From assembly GCA_948466185.1 (NCBI GenBank), contig CAOJZM010000003.1, forward strand, positions 2,578 through 66,577: 64,000 nucleotides of DNA, written 5' to 3'. The DNA comes from an uncultured Christensenella sp. (GTDB lineage: Bacteria; Bacillota; Clostridia; Christensenellales; UBA1242). The first letter of the stretch is position 1. Each line of letters opens with the position of its first letter. The position numbers were made by a program, and so were the translations under genes. The notes below the pieces were generated by a model. It was not told the origin of the DNA, made no database searches, and saw nothing but the letters and a program-made list of their open reading frames with translations. This document shows, piece after piece, positions 53,949-64,000 of the stretch.

Positions 53949-55100
53949 ATGATTAACAAGGATTTCTTCCAAGCACTTGAGGATTTAGAAGCAGAAAAGA
54001 AAATTGATAAGGAGACATTTATTTCCACGCTTGAAACTGCACTTACTTCAGCATACAAAAAGATGTATGGAGAAGCTAAAAGTGCAAGCGTAAAATTAAA
54101 TCCAGAGAAGGCAACAATCAAAGTCTATTCTTATAAAACCATAGTTAATGAAGTCACAGACCCTGACAAAGAAATTTCTCTTGAAGAGGCTCGTCTTATC
54201 AAAAAATCCTATAAAATTGGTGATGAGGTTACAACTGAGGAATCAACTAAAGATTTCGGGCGTATCGCTGCACAAACTGCGAAACAAGTTGTTATGCAAA
54301 AAATCAAAGAAATGGAACGTCAAATCGCGGTTTCTGAACTTGCAGAAAAAGAAGATGAACTTCTTACCACTGTTGTCAAAAGAATTGATAATGGCACGGT
54401 GTATGTACAAATTTCAGGCTCTCACACTGAAGGCGTTATGCTTCCATCTGACCAAATTCCAGGTGAAAAATTTAACGTTGGGGATAGAATAAAGGTCTAT
54501 GTTAAGAAAATTAAAGAGAGTTTTAAGGGTACGCAAATTCAAGTAACAAGAAGCAATATCGGTTTTGTTAGAAAAATATTTGAACTTGAAATACCAGAAA
54601 TTTCAAGCGGCGATGTTAAAATCAAAAATATTGCTCGCGACCCGGGTAATAGAGCTAAAGTGGCTGTGTTTACTGAAAAGCCAAACTTTGACCCAATTGG
54701 TGCCTGCGTTGGATTTAGAGGACAACGCATTGATACCATCGTATCAGAACTCAATGGTGAAAAAATTGACCTTATTGAATATTGTGATGACCCGCTTGAA
54801 TATATTGCTAGGGCACTTAGTCCTGCCAAAGTCATCAGCGTTGAAACAAATGAAAGTTTGAACGCATCAAGAGTTATCGTGCCTGATGATAAACTTTCAC
54901 TTGCAATTGGAAAGGGTGGCCAAAATGTAAGACTTGCTGCAAGACTTACTGGCTGGAAAATTGAGGTAAAACCTGAAAGTTCTATTGAGGCAAACGAAAA
55001 TGTTAAAGCACCTGAATATGAACTTACCGAACTTAGCGATGAAGATTCTTTTCAAAATCTTGATGACCTTGAAGAATTAGTGCCATTTGATGAGGAATAA
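53949..55100 (+). CDS. nusA: transcription termination/antitermination factor NusA
   Basis: N-terminal domain, S1 (GDRIKVYV), two KH domains (GACVGFRGQRI, AIGKGGQNVRLAARLTGWKIEV). Confidence 0.96.
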   Translation: MINKDFFQALEDLEAEKKIDKETFISTLETALTSAYKKMYGEAKSASVKLNPEKATIKVYSYKTIVNEVTDPDKEISLEEARLIKKSYKIGDEVTTEESTKDFGRIAAQTAKQVVMQKIKEMERQIAVSELAEKEDELLTTVVKRIDNGTVYVQISGSHTEGVMLPSDQIPGEKFNVGDRIKVYVKKIKESFKGTQIQVTRSNIGFVRKIFELEIPEISSGDVKIKNIARDPGNRAKVAVFTEKPNFDPIGACVGFRGQRIDTIVSELNGEKIDLIEYCDDPLEYIARALSPAKVISVETNESLNASRVIVPDDKLSLAIGKGGQNVRLAARLTGWKIEVKPESSIEANENVKAPEYELTELSDEDSFQNLDDLEELVPFDEE

Positions 55101-55102
55101 TC

Positions 55103-55366
55103 ATGGAAATGCTTCGAATGTGTGTTGCATGCAGACAATCAAAGGACAAACGTGAACTTGTTCGCATAGTTAAAAATAAAGAAGGAGAAATCTCTCTTGA
55201 CCTCACCGGTAAAAAAAATGGTAGAGGTGCCTATGTCTGCAAAGAAAGGGAGTGTTTCAACAAACTCAAAAAACAAAAGTCATTAAATCGAGCGTTTAAA
55301 GCAAATGTACCTGAAGAGGTCATAAATGTGCTTGAAGAGGAACTTTTTAAATCAAACTTATCCTAA
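55103..55366 (+). CDS. ylxR: YlxR/RnpM-family RNA-binding protein (DUF448)
   Basis: RMCVACRQSKDKRELVRIV ... GRGAYVC motif, in the conserved position after nusA. Confidence 0.9.
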   Translation: MEMLRMCVACRQSKDKRELVRIVKNKEGEISLDLTGKKNGRGAYVCKERECFNKLKKQKSLNRAFKANVPEEVINVLEEELFKSNLS

Positions 55367-55396
55367 ATAAAAGGAAAAAATAAAGGAGCAATAAAT

Positions 55397-57925
55397 TTGG
55401 CTAATCAAACATTAAACAATCTTAAATCCATACACGAAATTCAAAAAGAGGGAACTATATTAGAGCTTTTACGTAACGTGCGTACTGCAAAAACTGATAT
55501 GGACACTTTTGCCAAATCACTTTTGAATCAAAAACGTTTGCTTGAAGAAGAAGCAAAAAAGGTTCAAGAAGAGAAAAAAGAAGAAGCTGTGAAAGTTGAG
55601 TCAATTAAAGAAAGCCAGCCAGAGCAAAAACCTGCTCCTGTTTTTGCAAACGGAAATCAAAATTCAAATAATAGTTTTAAAAAGTTTGATAATAGAAATG
55701 ATCGGCCATATAATAATCAAAATTCTTTCAATAAAGACAGAAACCAAAATAAGTTCAACAATTATAATGGCCAGAATAAACCATTTAACAGACCTCAAGG
55801 TCAAAATGGTTATCAAGGCGGTTTCAATCGAGACAGAGCACAAAATGCAGGCTTTAACAGAAATAATAGCCAAAACAAAAAGTTTGGCTCAAATAACTTT
55901 GTCTCCACAAAAGTCAACAATTTCAAATCCTTCAATGACGCACCAGAAATCGAAATTAAAAGTGATCGTAACTTTCAACAAAAAGCCAAGTTTGCTCAAA
56001 AACATAGTTCAGGTTCTGATGAACGAAGAACAGGCGGAAAGAGACTTAACGATCAACGCCGCAACAATATATTAATAGAAGACGAAAATGGTTTTGAAGA
56101 AGTAAGTTATGGCTCACGCAAAAGTGTTGTGAAGAAGAAAAAAGAGACAGCATCCTTTGTTGCTCCGGCAATCAAACATGCAATCTTTACATCTAATGAT
56201 ATAACAGTAAAAGACTTCAGTGAAAAAATTGGAAAGCCTGTAACAGAAATTGTTAAAAAACTTATGCTTCTTGGAATTATGGCGACAATAAATAGCAACA
56301 TAGACTTTGAAACGGCTGAACTTATTGCCAGTGATTTTGAAATCACGCTTGAACTTAAGCTTGATAAGTCTTTTGAAGAGAAGATGATTGAATCTGCAAA
56401 TGAAACAGACGATGAAGCAAGCCTTGTAAGTCGTCCACCTGTTGTTGCCGTTATGGGCCATGTAGACCATGGAAAAACCTCTCTTCTTGACGCTTTCAGA
56501 AAAACTAATGTTGTTGCAGGGGAAGCGGGCGGTATTACCCAAAAGATTGGAGCTTATCAAATCAGTTTCAATGGAGAAAAAATCACCTTTATTGACACAC
56601 CTGGTCATGCTGCATTTACAGCTATGCGTGCCAGAGGTGCTAAGGCAACAGATATCGCAATACTTGTTGTTGCGGCTGATGATGGAATCATGCCACAAAC
56701 AATTGAAGCAATAAATCATATAAAGGCTGCAAATGTACCTATGATTGTTGCCATTAATAAAATGGACAAACCGGAAGCCAATCCAGATCGAGTAAAACAA
56801 CAACTTGCTGAGCATGGCGTTCTTCCTGAAGAATGGGGTGGAGACGCTGTTGTTGTGCCTATTTCTGCAAGAACAGGTATGGGACTTGACGAACTTAAGA
56901 AAATGATACTTCTTGTGGCTGAAGTTGCTGAACTTAAAGCAAATCCAGATAAAATGGCAACAGGTGTTATTATTGAAGCAGAACTTGATAAAAATCGTGG
57001 TCCAGTTGCATCCATAATCGTTCAAAATGGAACGTTGCATGTTGGCGATTCAATTATGTCAGGAATCACCTATGGAAAGGTAAGGGCAATGTACTCTGAT
57101 GAAGGAAAATCAATTAAAGTTGCCGGACCTTCAACCCCAGTTGCAGTGCTTGGGTTTAATGAAGTACCTCTTTCTGGTGATCATGTTTACGCAGTGGAAG
57201 AGTCACTTTCTAAACAAGTTATCCAAGAACGTATTAATAAAATTAAAACAGAGCGTAGCAAACAAAGCTCTGGCGTAACACTCGATAACTTCATGAACAA
57301 GGTGCATGAAGGAGCACTCAAAAACCTCAATATCATTATTAAAGCTGATACAATAGGTTCTGTTGAAGCATTAAAATCAACTCTTCTTCCAATACAGAAT
57401 GAAGAAGCTAAGGTTAATGTTATTCATAGTGGAGCGGGTGCAGTTACTGAATCCGATGTTATTCTTGCAAACACCACAGGCTCAATTATTCTTTGCTTTA
57501 ACCAAAAACCAGTGCCAAAGGCCAAGAACCTTGCTGAAACTTTAAAGGTGCAAATCAAAGAATATAAAATCATATATGAAGTGGTGGATGATATCACTAA
57601 TGCAATCACAGGTATGATGAGCATTAAGTATGAAGAAAAATACATTGGTAACGCTGAAATTCGTGTTGTGTTTAAGCTTTCTACAGCTGGAAAAGTCGCT
57701 GGCTGCTATGTCAAGGACGGAAAAGCTACCAGAAATGCTATAGCAAAAATTATGCGTGGCAAAGAAGAAATTGGTGTAACCACAGTGGACTCATTAAAGA
57801 TTGTTAAAGATGAGAAAGCAGAAGTTGCAAAAGGTTATGAATGCGGAATTAAACTTCATGACAATATCGACTTTAAAGAGGGCGATATGATTGATTTCTA
57901 TGTAAAAGAGCCAATAAAACGTTAA
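55397..57925 (+). CDS. infB: translation initiation factor IF-2
   Basis: TTG start after AAGGAG. G domain [23 protein letters not shown]-rich N-terminal region. Confidence 0.97.
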   Translation: MANQTLNNLKSIHEIQKEGTILELLRNVRTAKTDMDTFAKSLLNQKRLLEEEAKKVQEEKKEEAVKVESIKESQPEQKPAPVFANGNQNSNNSFKKFDNRNDRPYNNQNSFNKDRNQNKFNNYNGQNKPFNRPQGQNGYQGGFNRDRAQNAGFNRNNSQNKKFGSNNFVSTKVNNFKSFNDAPEIEIKSDRNFQQKAKFAQKHSSGSDERRTGGKRLNDQRRNNILIEDENGFEEVSYGSRKSVVKKKKETASFVAPAIKHAIFTSNDITVKDFSEKIGKPVTEIVKKLMLLGIMATINSNIDFETAELIASDFEITLELKLDKSFEEKMIESANETDDEASLVSRPPVVAVMGHVDHGKTSLLDAFRKTNVVAGEAGGITQKIGAYQISFNGEKITFIDTPGHAAFTAMRARGAKATDIAILVVAADDGIMPQTIEAINHIKAANVPMIVAINKMDKPEANPDRVKQQLAEHGVLPEEWGGDAVVVPISARTGMGLDELKKMILLVAEVAELKANPDKMATGVIIEAELDKNRGPVASIIVQNGTLHVGDSIMSGITYGKVRAMYSDEGKSIKVAGPSTPVAVLGFNEVPLSGDHVYAVEESLSKQVIQERINKIKTERSKQSSGVTLDNFMNKVHEGALKNLNIIIKADTIGSVEALKSTLLPIQNEEAKVNVIHSGAGAVTESDVILANTTGSIILCFNQKPVPKAKNLAETLKVQIKEYKIIYEVVDDITNAITGMMSIKYEEKYIGNAEIRVVFKLSTAGKVAGCYVKDGKATRNAIAKIMRGKEEIGVTTVDSLKIVKDEKAEVAKGYECGIKLHDNIDFKEGDMIDFYVKEPIKR

Positions 57926-57949
57926 AAGATTAAAAAAGGAGGCGGCATT

Positions 57950-58318
57950 ATGCCATCAAAAAGAATAGAACGAGCAAACAGCGAACTTCAGCGCTGCCTT
58001 GCTGATATTATTCAAAATAGATTAAATGACCCTCGTCTAGAAACACTTATTTATGTAAGTGAAGTAAATGTCACTCCCGATTTCAAATATTGTAAAATCA
58101 AAATAAGTATCGACACTGATAAAGAAGAAAATAAAAAGCAAACATTACAGGTTCTTCAAAAGTCAGAAGGGTTTATCAAACGCGAACTTGCACAAATGGT
58201 TAAGATGCCACAAGTGCCAAAACTTGTATTTGAGTATGATAAAGGAGCAGAGGCTTCAATTCGAATTAATGAGATACTTAAAAACTTAGAAATTCCAGCA
58301 GACGACGGGGAGGACTAA
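57950..58318 (+). CDS. rbfA: ribosome-binding factor A
   Basis: RIERANSELQRCLADII, LNDPRL, VPKLVFEYD motifs. Confidence 0.93.
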   Translation: MPSKRIERANSELQRCLADIIQNRLNDPRLETLIYVSEVNVTPDFKYCKIKISIDTDKEENKKQTLQVLQKSEGFIKRELAQMVKMPQVPKLVFEYDKGAEASIRINEILKNLEIPADDGED

Positions 58319-59328
58319 TGATTCCAAAAGGAATAATTAAAAAAATTAAAAAAAAGATAAAAGAGGCAAATAATATTGCCCTTTTTTGTCATATAGACCC
58401 TGACTTTGACTGTCTTGGCTCAATGTATGCACTTTACTATGCACTGTCTAATATTGGCAAAGATGTTGATATGTTCACGCATGAGCAATTTTCTTCAAGT
58501 CAATCACAACTTTTAGATGAAAGCCTAGTGAAAGTCGGCGGATTTAATCCAAAAAAATATGACCTATTAATAAGTGTTGATACGCCAACCGAGGCACGAC
58601 TAGGGCAGTATGGGCAAGATTTCGTAAAACACGAAAACACAATTAAACTTGACCATCATCACTGTCAGGACGGGAATTTTAATATAGCAAAAATCAGCTA
58701 TGTAGACCCAATACGCTCATCATGTAGCGAAATTATATATGAACTATTAAACTGTTTAAAAATCAAAGTTATCCCTGAAACAGCAACGATGTTGTTTGCA
58801 GGCTTGTCATCAGATACTGGTGGCTTCCAAACAACAAACACAACATTAAATTCCTTTAAAACAGCATCCGAACTTATACAAGACGGAGCAGATACATTAA
58901 AGGCCAATGATGCATTATATCGTTTTGTAACAATAAAATCACTAAAGATTACAAAGATTTTTTATGATAATATTGAGATTATTGATAAGGAAATTGCATT
59001 TTGTGCCATCAGTCAAAAAGAACTCAATAAAGTGGGAGCAACAAAAAAGGATTGTTCTAACCTTAGCAACAAACTTATCTGTTGTCAAGGTGCAAATATT
59101 TCTTGCTTTATGGTGGAAAAAGAGCTAAATACATACGATTGTTCATTTAGATCGATGAAGGGATATGACGTTAGTAATATCGCAAGCTTTTTCGGTGGAG
59201 GTGGTCATAAAGAAGCATCGGGTTGTTGTTTTCATGCTTCAAGTGAGGACGAAGCAAAAAAACGTGTTTTAAATGCTATAAAACATTATCTTAAATATAA
59301 GGAAAAAGAGAATGATAACAAACAATAG
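58318..59328 (+). CDS. nrnA: DHH/DHHA1 phosphoesterase (NrnA-like oligoribonuclease / pAp phosphatase)
   Basis: HIDPDFDCLGS, DTP, LDHHH, C-terminal GGGGHKEASG (DHHA1). Confidence 0.8.
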   Translation: MIPKGIIKKIKKKIKEANNIALFCHIDPDFDCLGSMYALYYALSNIGKDVDMFTHEQFSSSQSQLLDESLVKVGGFNPKKYDLLISVDTPTEARLGQYGQDFVKHENTIKLDHHHCQDGNFNIAKISYVDPIRSSCSEIIYELLNCLKIKVIPETATMLFAGLSSDTGGFQTTNTTLNSFKTASELIQDGADTLKANDALYRFVTIKSLKITKIFYDNIEIIDKEIAFCAISQKELNKVGATKKDCSNLSNKLICCQGANISCFMVEKELNTYDCSFRSMKGYDVSNIASFFGGGGHKEASGCCFHASSEDEAKKRVLNAIKHYLKYKEKENDNKQ

Positions 59329-60172
59329 TTTAAATGGGATAATTCTTGTAAATAAACCAAGAGGGATAAGTTCGAACACTGTTGTTAATATTGTAAAGAG
59401 GGCTGTTGGTGCAGACAAAGCAGGACATCTTGGAACACTTGATGTTGCTGGCGATGGATTACTTCCTGTTACGCTTGGCAAAGGAACAAAGCTGTTTGAT
59501 TATTACTTAACCAAAGATAAAGTCTATAAAACAATATTTAAGTTTGGGCAAACCACAGATACACTCGACCTTGAAGGAAAGGTGACTTTTACCCACAACA
59601 AGATTACAACACTTGAAGAGGTGAAGTCGGTAATTGCTAGCTTTATCGGTAAAATGGCACAGATGCCGCCTGCCTATTCGGCTAAAAAAATAAAGGGACA
59701 AAAAGCATACGACCTTGCAAGAAGAGGGGAAGATGTTGTTTTAAAGCCTAAAGAAATTGAAATCTATGACCTGCAACTTTCGGAGCAGATTGAAGAAAAT
59801 ACTTTTAAGTTTCTTGTGCACTGTTCAAGCGGAACTTATATTCGTTCGCTTTGCAGAGATATTGCTACAAAATTATCAACTTATGGTGTTATGTTAAGCA
59901 TACAACGCACTAAATGTGGAGATTTTAATATTGAGGACAGTTTCACCATTGAGCAAATCAAAGCTGGCGATTATGAAATAATAAAACTTGACACACTGTT
60001 TAACTATCCACTTTTATCATTATCCCCAGAACAAACTGACAGGCTGTTAAATGGTGTTTGGATTAAAACATCTGAAAAAGATGGATTATATAAAGCCTGT
60101 GCGCAAAGCGAATTTTTGGGAATTGTTAGAGTTATAAATAGTCAGATAAAATTTGAATTAAGGCTGATTTAA
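59312..60172 (+). CDS. truB: tRNA pseudouridine(55) synthase
   Basis: GIILVNKPRGISS, GHLGTLDVAGDGLLPV, MPPAYSAKKIKGQKAY motifs. Confidence 0.94.
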   Translation: MITNNSLNGIILVNKPRGISSNTVVNIVKRAVGADKAGHLGTLDVAGDGLLPVTLGKGTKLFDYYLTKDKVYKTIFKFGQTTDTLDLEGKVTFTHNKITTLEEVKSVIASFIGKMAQMPPAYSAKKIKGQKAYDLARRGEDVVLKPKEIEIYDLQLSEQIEENTFKFLVHCSSGTYIRSLCRDIATKLSTYGVMLSIQRTKCGDFNIEDSFTIEQIKAGDYEIIKLDTLFNYPLLSLSPEQTDRLLNGVWIKTSEKDGLYKACAQSEFLGIVRVINSQIKFELRLI

Positions 60173-60181
60173 GGAGAAAAT

Positions 60182-61042
60182 ATGATAAGATTTGGGCCAT
60201 CAGGATGCGGAGAAGAGTTTTTGGAAGAGGGGTATGCCTCTCTTTTACAGGTGCCAGACTTTATCAAAAGCAAAGGGCTTAATGCTTTTGAATATTCATT
60301 TGGGCACGGTTATCGTATGAGGGAAGAACTGGCAAGAACAGCTGGAAAACTTTTTCAAAAGAATGACATTAAAGTAAGCATTCACGCTCCATATTACATC
60401 AATTTTGCAAATCCTGAGGAAGAAATGTATCAGAAAAGCGAAGGTTATCTTCGCACAGGTATCAAGTTTTTAAGATACTTTGGCAATGCTGACCATTTGG
60501 TTTTTCATACGGGTTCATGCGGCAAGATTGAAAGAAAACAATGTATTGCTCTTGCAACGAAACGCTTAGAAGAAACAATGGATAGATTTGAAGAAGAAAA
60601 ACTGTTGGAGGGTATTTGGCTGTGCCCAGAGACCATGGGAAAACCTCTTCAAATTGGCACATATAAAGAAATTGTTGACCTATGCAAACTCAATTCACAC
60701 CTTGTACCAACCTTTGACTTTGGACATATCAACGCTTTGACGCAGGGGAGTTTAAAAGGTAAAGAAGAGTATAAGCATATTCTTGATTATGCAATTGAAA
60801 TACTTGGAAAAGACCGTGTTAACAACTGTCATATTCACTTTTCAAAAATTCAATATGGAGAAAAAGGGGAAATTCGTCATCTTAATTTTGAAGATGAAAT
60901 ATATGGCCCTGATTATGAGCCACTTATGGAAGTTTTGGCGGATTATAATTTAGAAGCTCGTGTAATAAGCGAATCAGCAGGAATGCAGCCACGAGATGCC
61001 AAGATAATGAAAGATTTTTATGATAAATTAAAAAAACACTAG
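60182..61042 (+). CDS. TIM-barrel protein of the xylose-isomerase-like / endonuclease IV (AP endonuclease 2) superfamily
   Basis: IRFGPSG..., SIHAPYYINFANP, VFHTGS, HINA..., HIHFSKI resemble the metal-ligand pattern of Nfo-like proteins. Confidence 0.65.
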   Translation: MIRFGPSGCGEEFLEEGYASLLQVPDFIKSKGLNAFEYSFGHGYRMREELARTAGKLFQKNDIKVSIHAPYYINFANPEEEMYQKSEGYLRTGIKFLRYFGNADHLVFHTGSCGKIERKQCIALATKRLEETMDRFEEEKLLEGIWLCPETMGKPLQIGTYKEIVDLCKLNSHLVPTFDFGHINALTQGSLKGKEEYKHILDYAIEILGKDRVNNCHIHFSKIQYGEKGEIRHLNFEDEIYGPDYEPLMEVLADYNLEARVISESAGMQPRDAKIMKDFYDKLKKH

Positions 61043-61101
61043 ACAATTAAAAGCATATATGATAAAATAAACAAGAATTTAATTTAAGGAGAAATACTAT
61101 T

Positions 61102-61662
61102 ATGGTTACAGCAGGCGAATTTAGAAAAGGCACTACTTTTGAAATGGAGGGGTCCGTTTATTCAGTTGTAGAATTTCAACATGTTAAACCTGGAAAGGGG
61201 TCTCCATTTGTTCGAACTAAACTTAAGAATGTAATGACAGGACAGGTAAAAGACCAGACTTTTAACCCAACTGATAAATTCCAAGTTGCAGTTATCGAAA
61301 AGAAAGAAATGACTTACCTTTACAATGATGCCGATATCTACTATTTCATGGATGCAGAAACTTATGACCAAATCCCACTTAACAGAGATTCTGCAGAAGA
61401 TGCACTTAATTATGTTAAAGAAAACACAAACTGCACAATGTACTTCTATAAAGGTAACCCATTCGCAGTTTATGCACCAACCTTTGTTGAACTTGAAGTT
61501 GTTGATTGCGAACCAGCAGTTCAAGGAGATACTTCAAAGTCTACCACAAAACCAGCAAAACTTGAAACAGGCTTTGTGCTTCCAGTTCCACTCTTCGTTG
61601 GAATTGGCGACAAAATCCGCGTTGACACAAGAGATGGTTCCTATATTGAAAGAGTAAAATAA
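61102..61662 (+). CDS. efp: translation elongation factor P
   Basis: [37 protein letters not shown]. 186 aa. Confidence 0.96.
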   Translation: MVTAGEFRKGTTFEMEGSVYSVVEFQHVKPGKGSPFVRTKLKNVMTGQVKDQTFNPTDKFQVAVIEKKEMTYLYNDADIYYFMDAETYDQIPLNRDSAEDALNYVKENTNCTMYFYKGNPFAVYAPTFVELEVVDCEPAVQGDTSKSTTKPAKLETGFVLPVPLFVGIGDKIRVDTRDGSYIERVK

Positions 61663-61682
61663 GCGTCACTGACGCTTTTTTT
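61663..61682 (+). terminator. rho-independent terminator (first of two)
   Basis: GCGTC-act-GACGC followed by TTTTTTT. Confidence 0.6.
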
Positions 61683-61696
61683 AATAATCAATTTTT

Positions 61697-61727
61697 ATCG
61701 CTTTACTTTTGCAAGGCGATTTTTTTT
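61697..61727 (+). terminator. rho-independent terminator (second)
   Basis: ATCGC-tttacttttgcaag-GCGAT followed by TTTTTTT. Confidence 0.5.
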
Positions 61728-61819
61728 GTTTTTAATCTGTCACGATACGACAAAGAATGCAAATTCAATTTGATATTTTCGCAGGTTATTAAACATAGGT
61801 TAGTTGCAAGGAGAAAAGC

Positions 61820-62722
61820 ATGCTGAAAAATATTCTTCCCGAAAATATATATAACATCCTTTCTGAGAGGGTGAGTTTCAATGCTATTAATGAACTTCGT
61901 ATTCGTGCAGACAAGCCAATTGTTGTATCTGTTGGTTCAGGGCGTTTTTTTCTTTCTGACCATGGGCTTTCTGGAAATCTTAAAGAAGCAATTTTTGCAA
62001 CTCGTATAATGATTGAAGATATCATTTTCCGTGCAAGTGAATGCTCAATCTATTCCGTCAACGAACAGATAAAAAAAGGTTTTCTTGTCACAACTGGGGG
62101 AGTAAGATTGGGAATCGGCGGCGACCTAATCGAAGAGGAAGGTCACATCAAAACCATGACAAACTTCAACAGCATTAATATACGTATACCTCATGAAATC
62201 AAAAATTGTTCTTTGACAGCTTTTCCTCATATCCTGCAAGATGAAACACTTTTAAATACCCTTGTTATTTCACCACCTGGTGCCGGCAAGACAACCTTCC
62301 TGCGTGATTTTATTTGTCAGTTATCTGAACGAAACTATGCTTTTAATGTCCTTGTTCTTGACGAACGTGGTGAACTTGACCTTGGTGGAAGCCTTGGCAA
62401 TTTTGCAGACAAAATATCTTTTGCCAGTAAGAAGGTGGGATTTGAGAATGGAATACGTTCTCTTGCTCCCAACCTTATTGTCACAGATGAACTGGGCGGG
62501 CAGGAGGATATTGAAGCAGTGCGTTACAGCGTGAACTGTGGGGTTAATCTCCTTGCGTCAGTACATTCAGATAGTATTGAAAGTTTTCTTAAAAAGCCAT
62601 CTTATAGCAAGTTAATTGAAGAGAGAATCTTTAAACGGTATGTGCTTTTATCCATGAGAAATGGTCCGGGGACACTTGAAGGAATTTATAACGAAAACTT
62701 TGCAAGGATAACCAAATATTAG
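61820..62722 (+). CDS. spoIIIAA: stage III sporulation protein AA (ATPase)
   Basis: Walker A SPPGAGKTTFLRD, Walker B VLVLDE, and first position in the spoIIIA gene order. Confidence 0.9.
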   Translation: MLKNILPENIYNILSERVSFNAINELRIRADKPIVVSVGSGRFFLSDHGLSGNLKEAIFATRIMIEDIIFRASECSIYSVNEQIKKGFLVTTGGVRLGIGGDLIEEEGHIKTMTNFNSINIRIPHEIKNCSLTAFPHILQDETLLNTLVISPPGAGKTTFLRDFICQLSERNYAFNVLVLDERGELDLGGSLGNFADKISFASKKVGFENGIRSLAPNLIVTDELGGQEDIEAVRYSVNCGVNLLASVHSDSIESFLKKPSYSKLIEERIFKRYVLLSMRNGPGTLEGIYNENFARITKY

Positions 62723-62731
62723 GAGGTAGGA

Positions 62732-63226
62732 ATGAAATATTTAATTTTAGGCTTTTTGGCAGTAGGTTGTATCTTCATTGGATATATTTTTTCACTCAAG
62801 TATTCACGACGTGCAAAGTTTTTTAAAGCTTTGGTAATGCTATGTCAAAAGCTTGATGTTGAAATTAACTATTCCAGGGAGCGTCTTAAAACCTTGTTTG
62901 AGTCTTTCGATGAGAAAACAAAAAAGCAACTTCAGGGACTAGACAAAAACTATTTAACCTATCTTGCAAACAACACCAGCCTTGACGAAAGCAATCTATT
63001 CAAAGGCTTAAATTTTCTAAAACAAAATGAAAAAGATACTCTTCTTATATTTTTTAGGTCCTTAGGCAGAACCGACCTTGCAAGTCAATCTAAGGAACTT
63101 AAAAATTTTGAAAAACGTTTTGAAGAATTCTCGTCTTTTGCGAATGGAGAAAATAAAAAGTATGGCTCACTTTCAATCAAACTCGGAATTATTGTTGGTT
63201 TGATTGTTGTGGTGCTATTTTGCTAA
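62732..63226 (+). CDS. spoIIIAB: stage III sporulation protein AB
   Basis: 164 aa with an N-terminal and a C-terminal TM. Second position in the spoIIIA order. Confidence 0.85.
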   Translation: MKYLILGFLAVGCIFIGYIFSLKYSRRAKFFKALVMLCQKLDVEINYSRERLKTLFESFDEKTKKQLQGLDKNYLTYLANNTSLDESNLFKGLNFLKQNEKDTLLIFFRSLGRTDLASQSKELKNFEKRFEEFSSFANGENKKYGSLSIKLGIIVGLIVVVLFC

Positions 63227-63235
63227 GGAGGAGAA

Positions 63236-63430
63236 ATGGGAGTTGATATTATTTTTAAAATTGCCGCAATCGGCATTTTAACTGCGATTGTTGGACAAGT
63301 ACTTAAACAAACAGGTAAGGACGAAATTGGGACTCTTGCGACGCTTGCAGGACTTATACTTGTGCTGGTTATGATACTCAATATGCTTGGCGACTTATTT
63401 ACAACAATCAAAACGATATTTAGTTTTTAA
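63236..63430 (+). CDS. spoIIIAC: stage III sporulation protein AC
   Basis: 64 aa with two TM spans. IFKIAAIGILTAIVGQVLKQTGKDE is typical of SpoIIIAC. Confidence 0.88.
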   Translation: MGVDIIFKIAAIGILTAIVGQVLKQTGKDEIGTLATLAGLILVLVMILNMLGDLFTTIKTIFSF

Positions 63431-63439
63431 AGGGGAAAT

Positions 63440-63832
63440 ATGGATTTAGTTTATAAGATAGTGGCAATAGGTCTTATCACTTGTATAGCAACAATTATAG
63501 TTAGACCCTTGCGAAGTGATTATGCCGTTCTTATTGCACTGGCAGGAGGAGTGATTATTTTATCTCTTCTTGTTAACTATCTTGCTGGAATATTTTCATC
63601 TTTAAAACTTATCGTCAACACAACTGGCATATCCGGAAATCTTTATACATTGCTTCTCAAAATTGTTGGTATTGGATACCTCATAGAATTTACAGCAGGA
63701 ATTTGTAACGATACCGGAAATTCAAGCCTAGGTGATAAAGTTCTTTTGGGCGGAAAACTTATTATCATGGTTATGGCTATGCCAATTGTAACAAGTATTC
63801 TTGAAATAATTATGGAGCTTCTTCCCGGATGA
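63440..63832 (+). CDS. spoIIIAD: stage III sporulation protein AD
   Basis: 130 aa polytopic. KIVGIGYLIEFTAGICNDTGNSSLGDKV is typical of SpoIIIAD. Confidence 0.88.
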   Translation: MDLVYKIVAIGLITCIATIIVRPLRSDYAVLIALAGGVIILSLLVNYLAGIFSSLKLIVNTTGISGNLYTLLLKIVGIGYLIEFTAGICNDTGNSSLGDKVLLGGKLIIMVMAMPIVTSILEIIMELLPG

Positions 63833-64000
63833 AAAAACTCTATCGCCCAAATTATAAAATCTATAACAAACGCAAAACATTCGACAAACGTAAGCTTATA
63901 AAATTTTTCAGTATTATTATTTTTGCACTGCTTATCTTTGCACCTATGCCAAATGACCTAACAGTAGCAGATGATGGAATGACATATGAAGAACTTGAAA
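63829..64000 (+). CDS. spoIIIAE: stage III sporulation protein AE (5' part, runs off window)
   Basis: ATGA overlap with the spoIIIAD stop. Encodes MKKLYRPNYKIYNKRKTFDKRKLIKFFSIIIFALLIFAPMP..., a signal-like N-terminus. Call is by operon position. Confidence 0.6.
   Translation, partial: MKKLYRPNYKIYNKRKTFDKRKLIKFFSIIIFALLIFAPMPNDLTVADDGMTYEELE

Noticed and set aside
56114-57040. 308-aa antisense ORF inside infB. Similar long antisense ORFs occur in thrS (34810-35346), plsX (14576-15040), ftsY (20012-20443), rpsB/tsf (43451-43945), smc (18545-18907), cdsA (49714-50178) and polA (29190-29630).
   Set aside because: Each lies opposite a highly conserved gene. They have Cys/Phe/Ser/Ile-rich nonsense composition and no RBS. 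Stop-poor antisense frames are expected opposite such strongly biased coding sequence.
61773-61801. Possible sigma-E-type promoter (GATATT-N16-CATAGGTT) upstream of spoIIIAA
   Set aside because: spoIIIA is sigma-E dependent in B. subtilis, but both the spacing and the -10 match (CATAGGTT versus CATACA-T) are imperfect. Too weak to call without a transcription start.
1-64000. Search by eye for CRISPR arrays, rRNA, transposases/integrases, toxin-antitoxin pairs and known defence genes
   Set aside because: No regularly spaced direct repeats, no rRNA-like sequence and no recombinase or nuclease/helicase defence signatures were seen. Absence is based on manual reading only and should be confirmed with dedicated tools.

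Overview
AT-rich chromosomal segment from an endospore-forming low-GC Firmicute, Clostridia-like (sigK, ytxC, a ylbJ-like gene and spoIIIAA-AE are present). It holds about 60 protein genes, nearly all on the + strand. Most sit in core housekeeping blocks: mnmA; pta-ackA; rpmF / plsX-rnc-smc-ftsY; sigK; rarA; polA / ruvX-DUF1292; T-box-thrS; yajC-secD-secF; rpsB-tsf ... frr-uppS-cdsA-rseP; rimP-nusA-ylxR-infB-rbfA-nrnA-truB; efp; spoIIIA operon. RNA genes are tRNA-Ser(GGA) and a type-A RNase P RNA on the minus strand, which the six-frame track miscalls as two ORFs. I saw no rRNA, CRISPR array, transposase, integrase or recognisable defence system, and I cannot point to one clear novel multi-gene system. 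Observations worth a second look: (1) a surface-protein gene split by a G8 homopolymer, a possible phase switch; (2) a 513-aa PolC-like N-domain/OB/exonuclease protein without a polymerase, sitting where polC normally lies; (3) a 453-aa protein next to sigK with a divergent diadenylate-cyclase-like domain lacking the RHR motif; (4) a GNAT gene plus a 942-aa orphan with repeats and a coiled coil, inserted between tsf and frr where pyrH normally sits; (5) a short GTCATT-type repeat family inside a ~320-nt rpsB leader and on the other side of an ABC exporter gene; (6) a GC-rich perfect hairpin at the 5' end of the rimP-nusA-infB leader; (7) an E2-acyltransferase-like protein with the catalytic His replaced and a poly-lysine tail, translationally coupled to rarA; (8) unannotated small ORFs. 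All functional calls come from motif recognition by eye; no database search was run.
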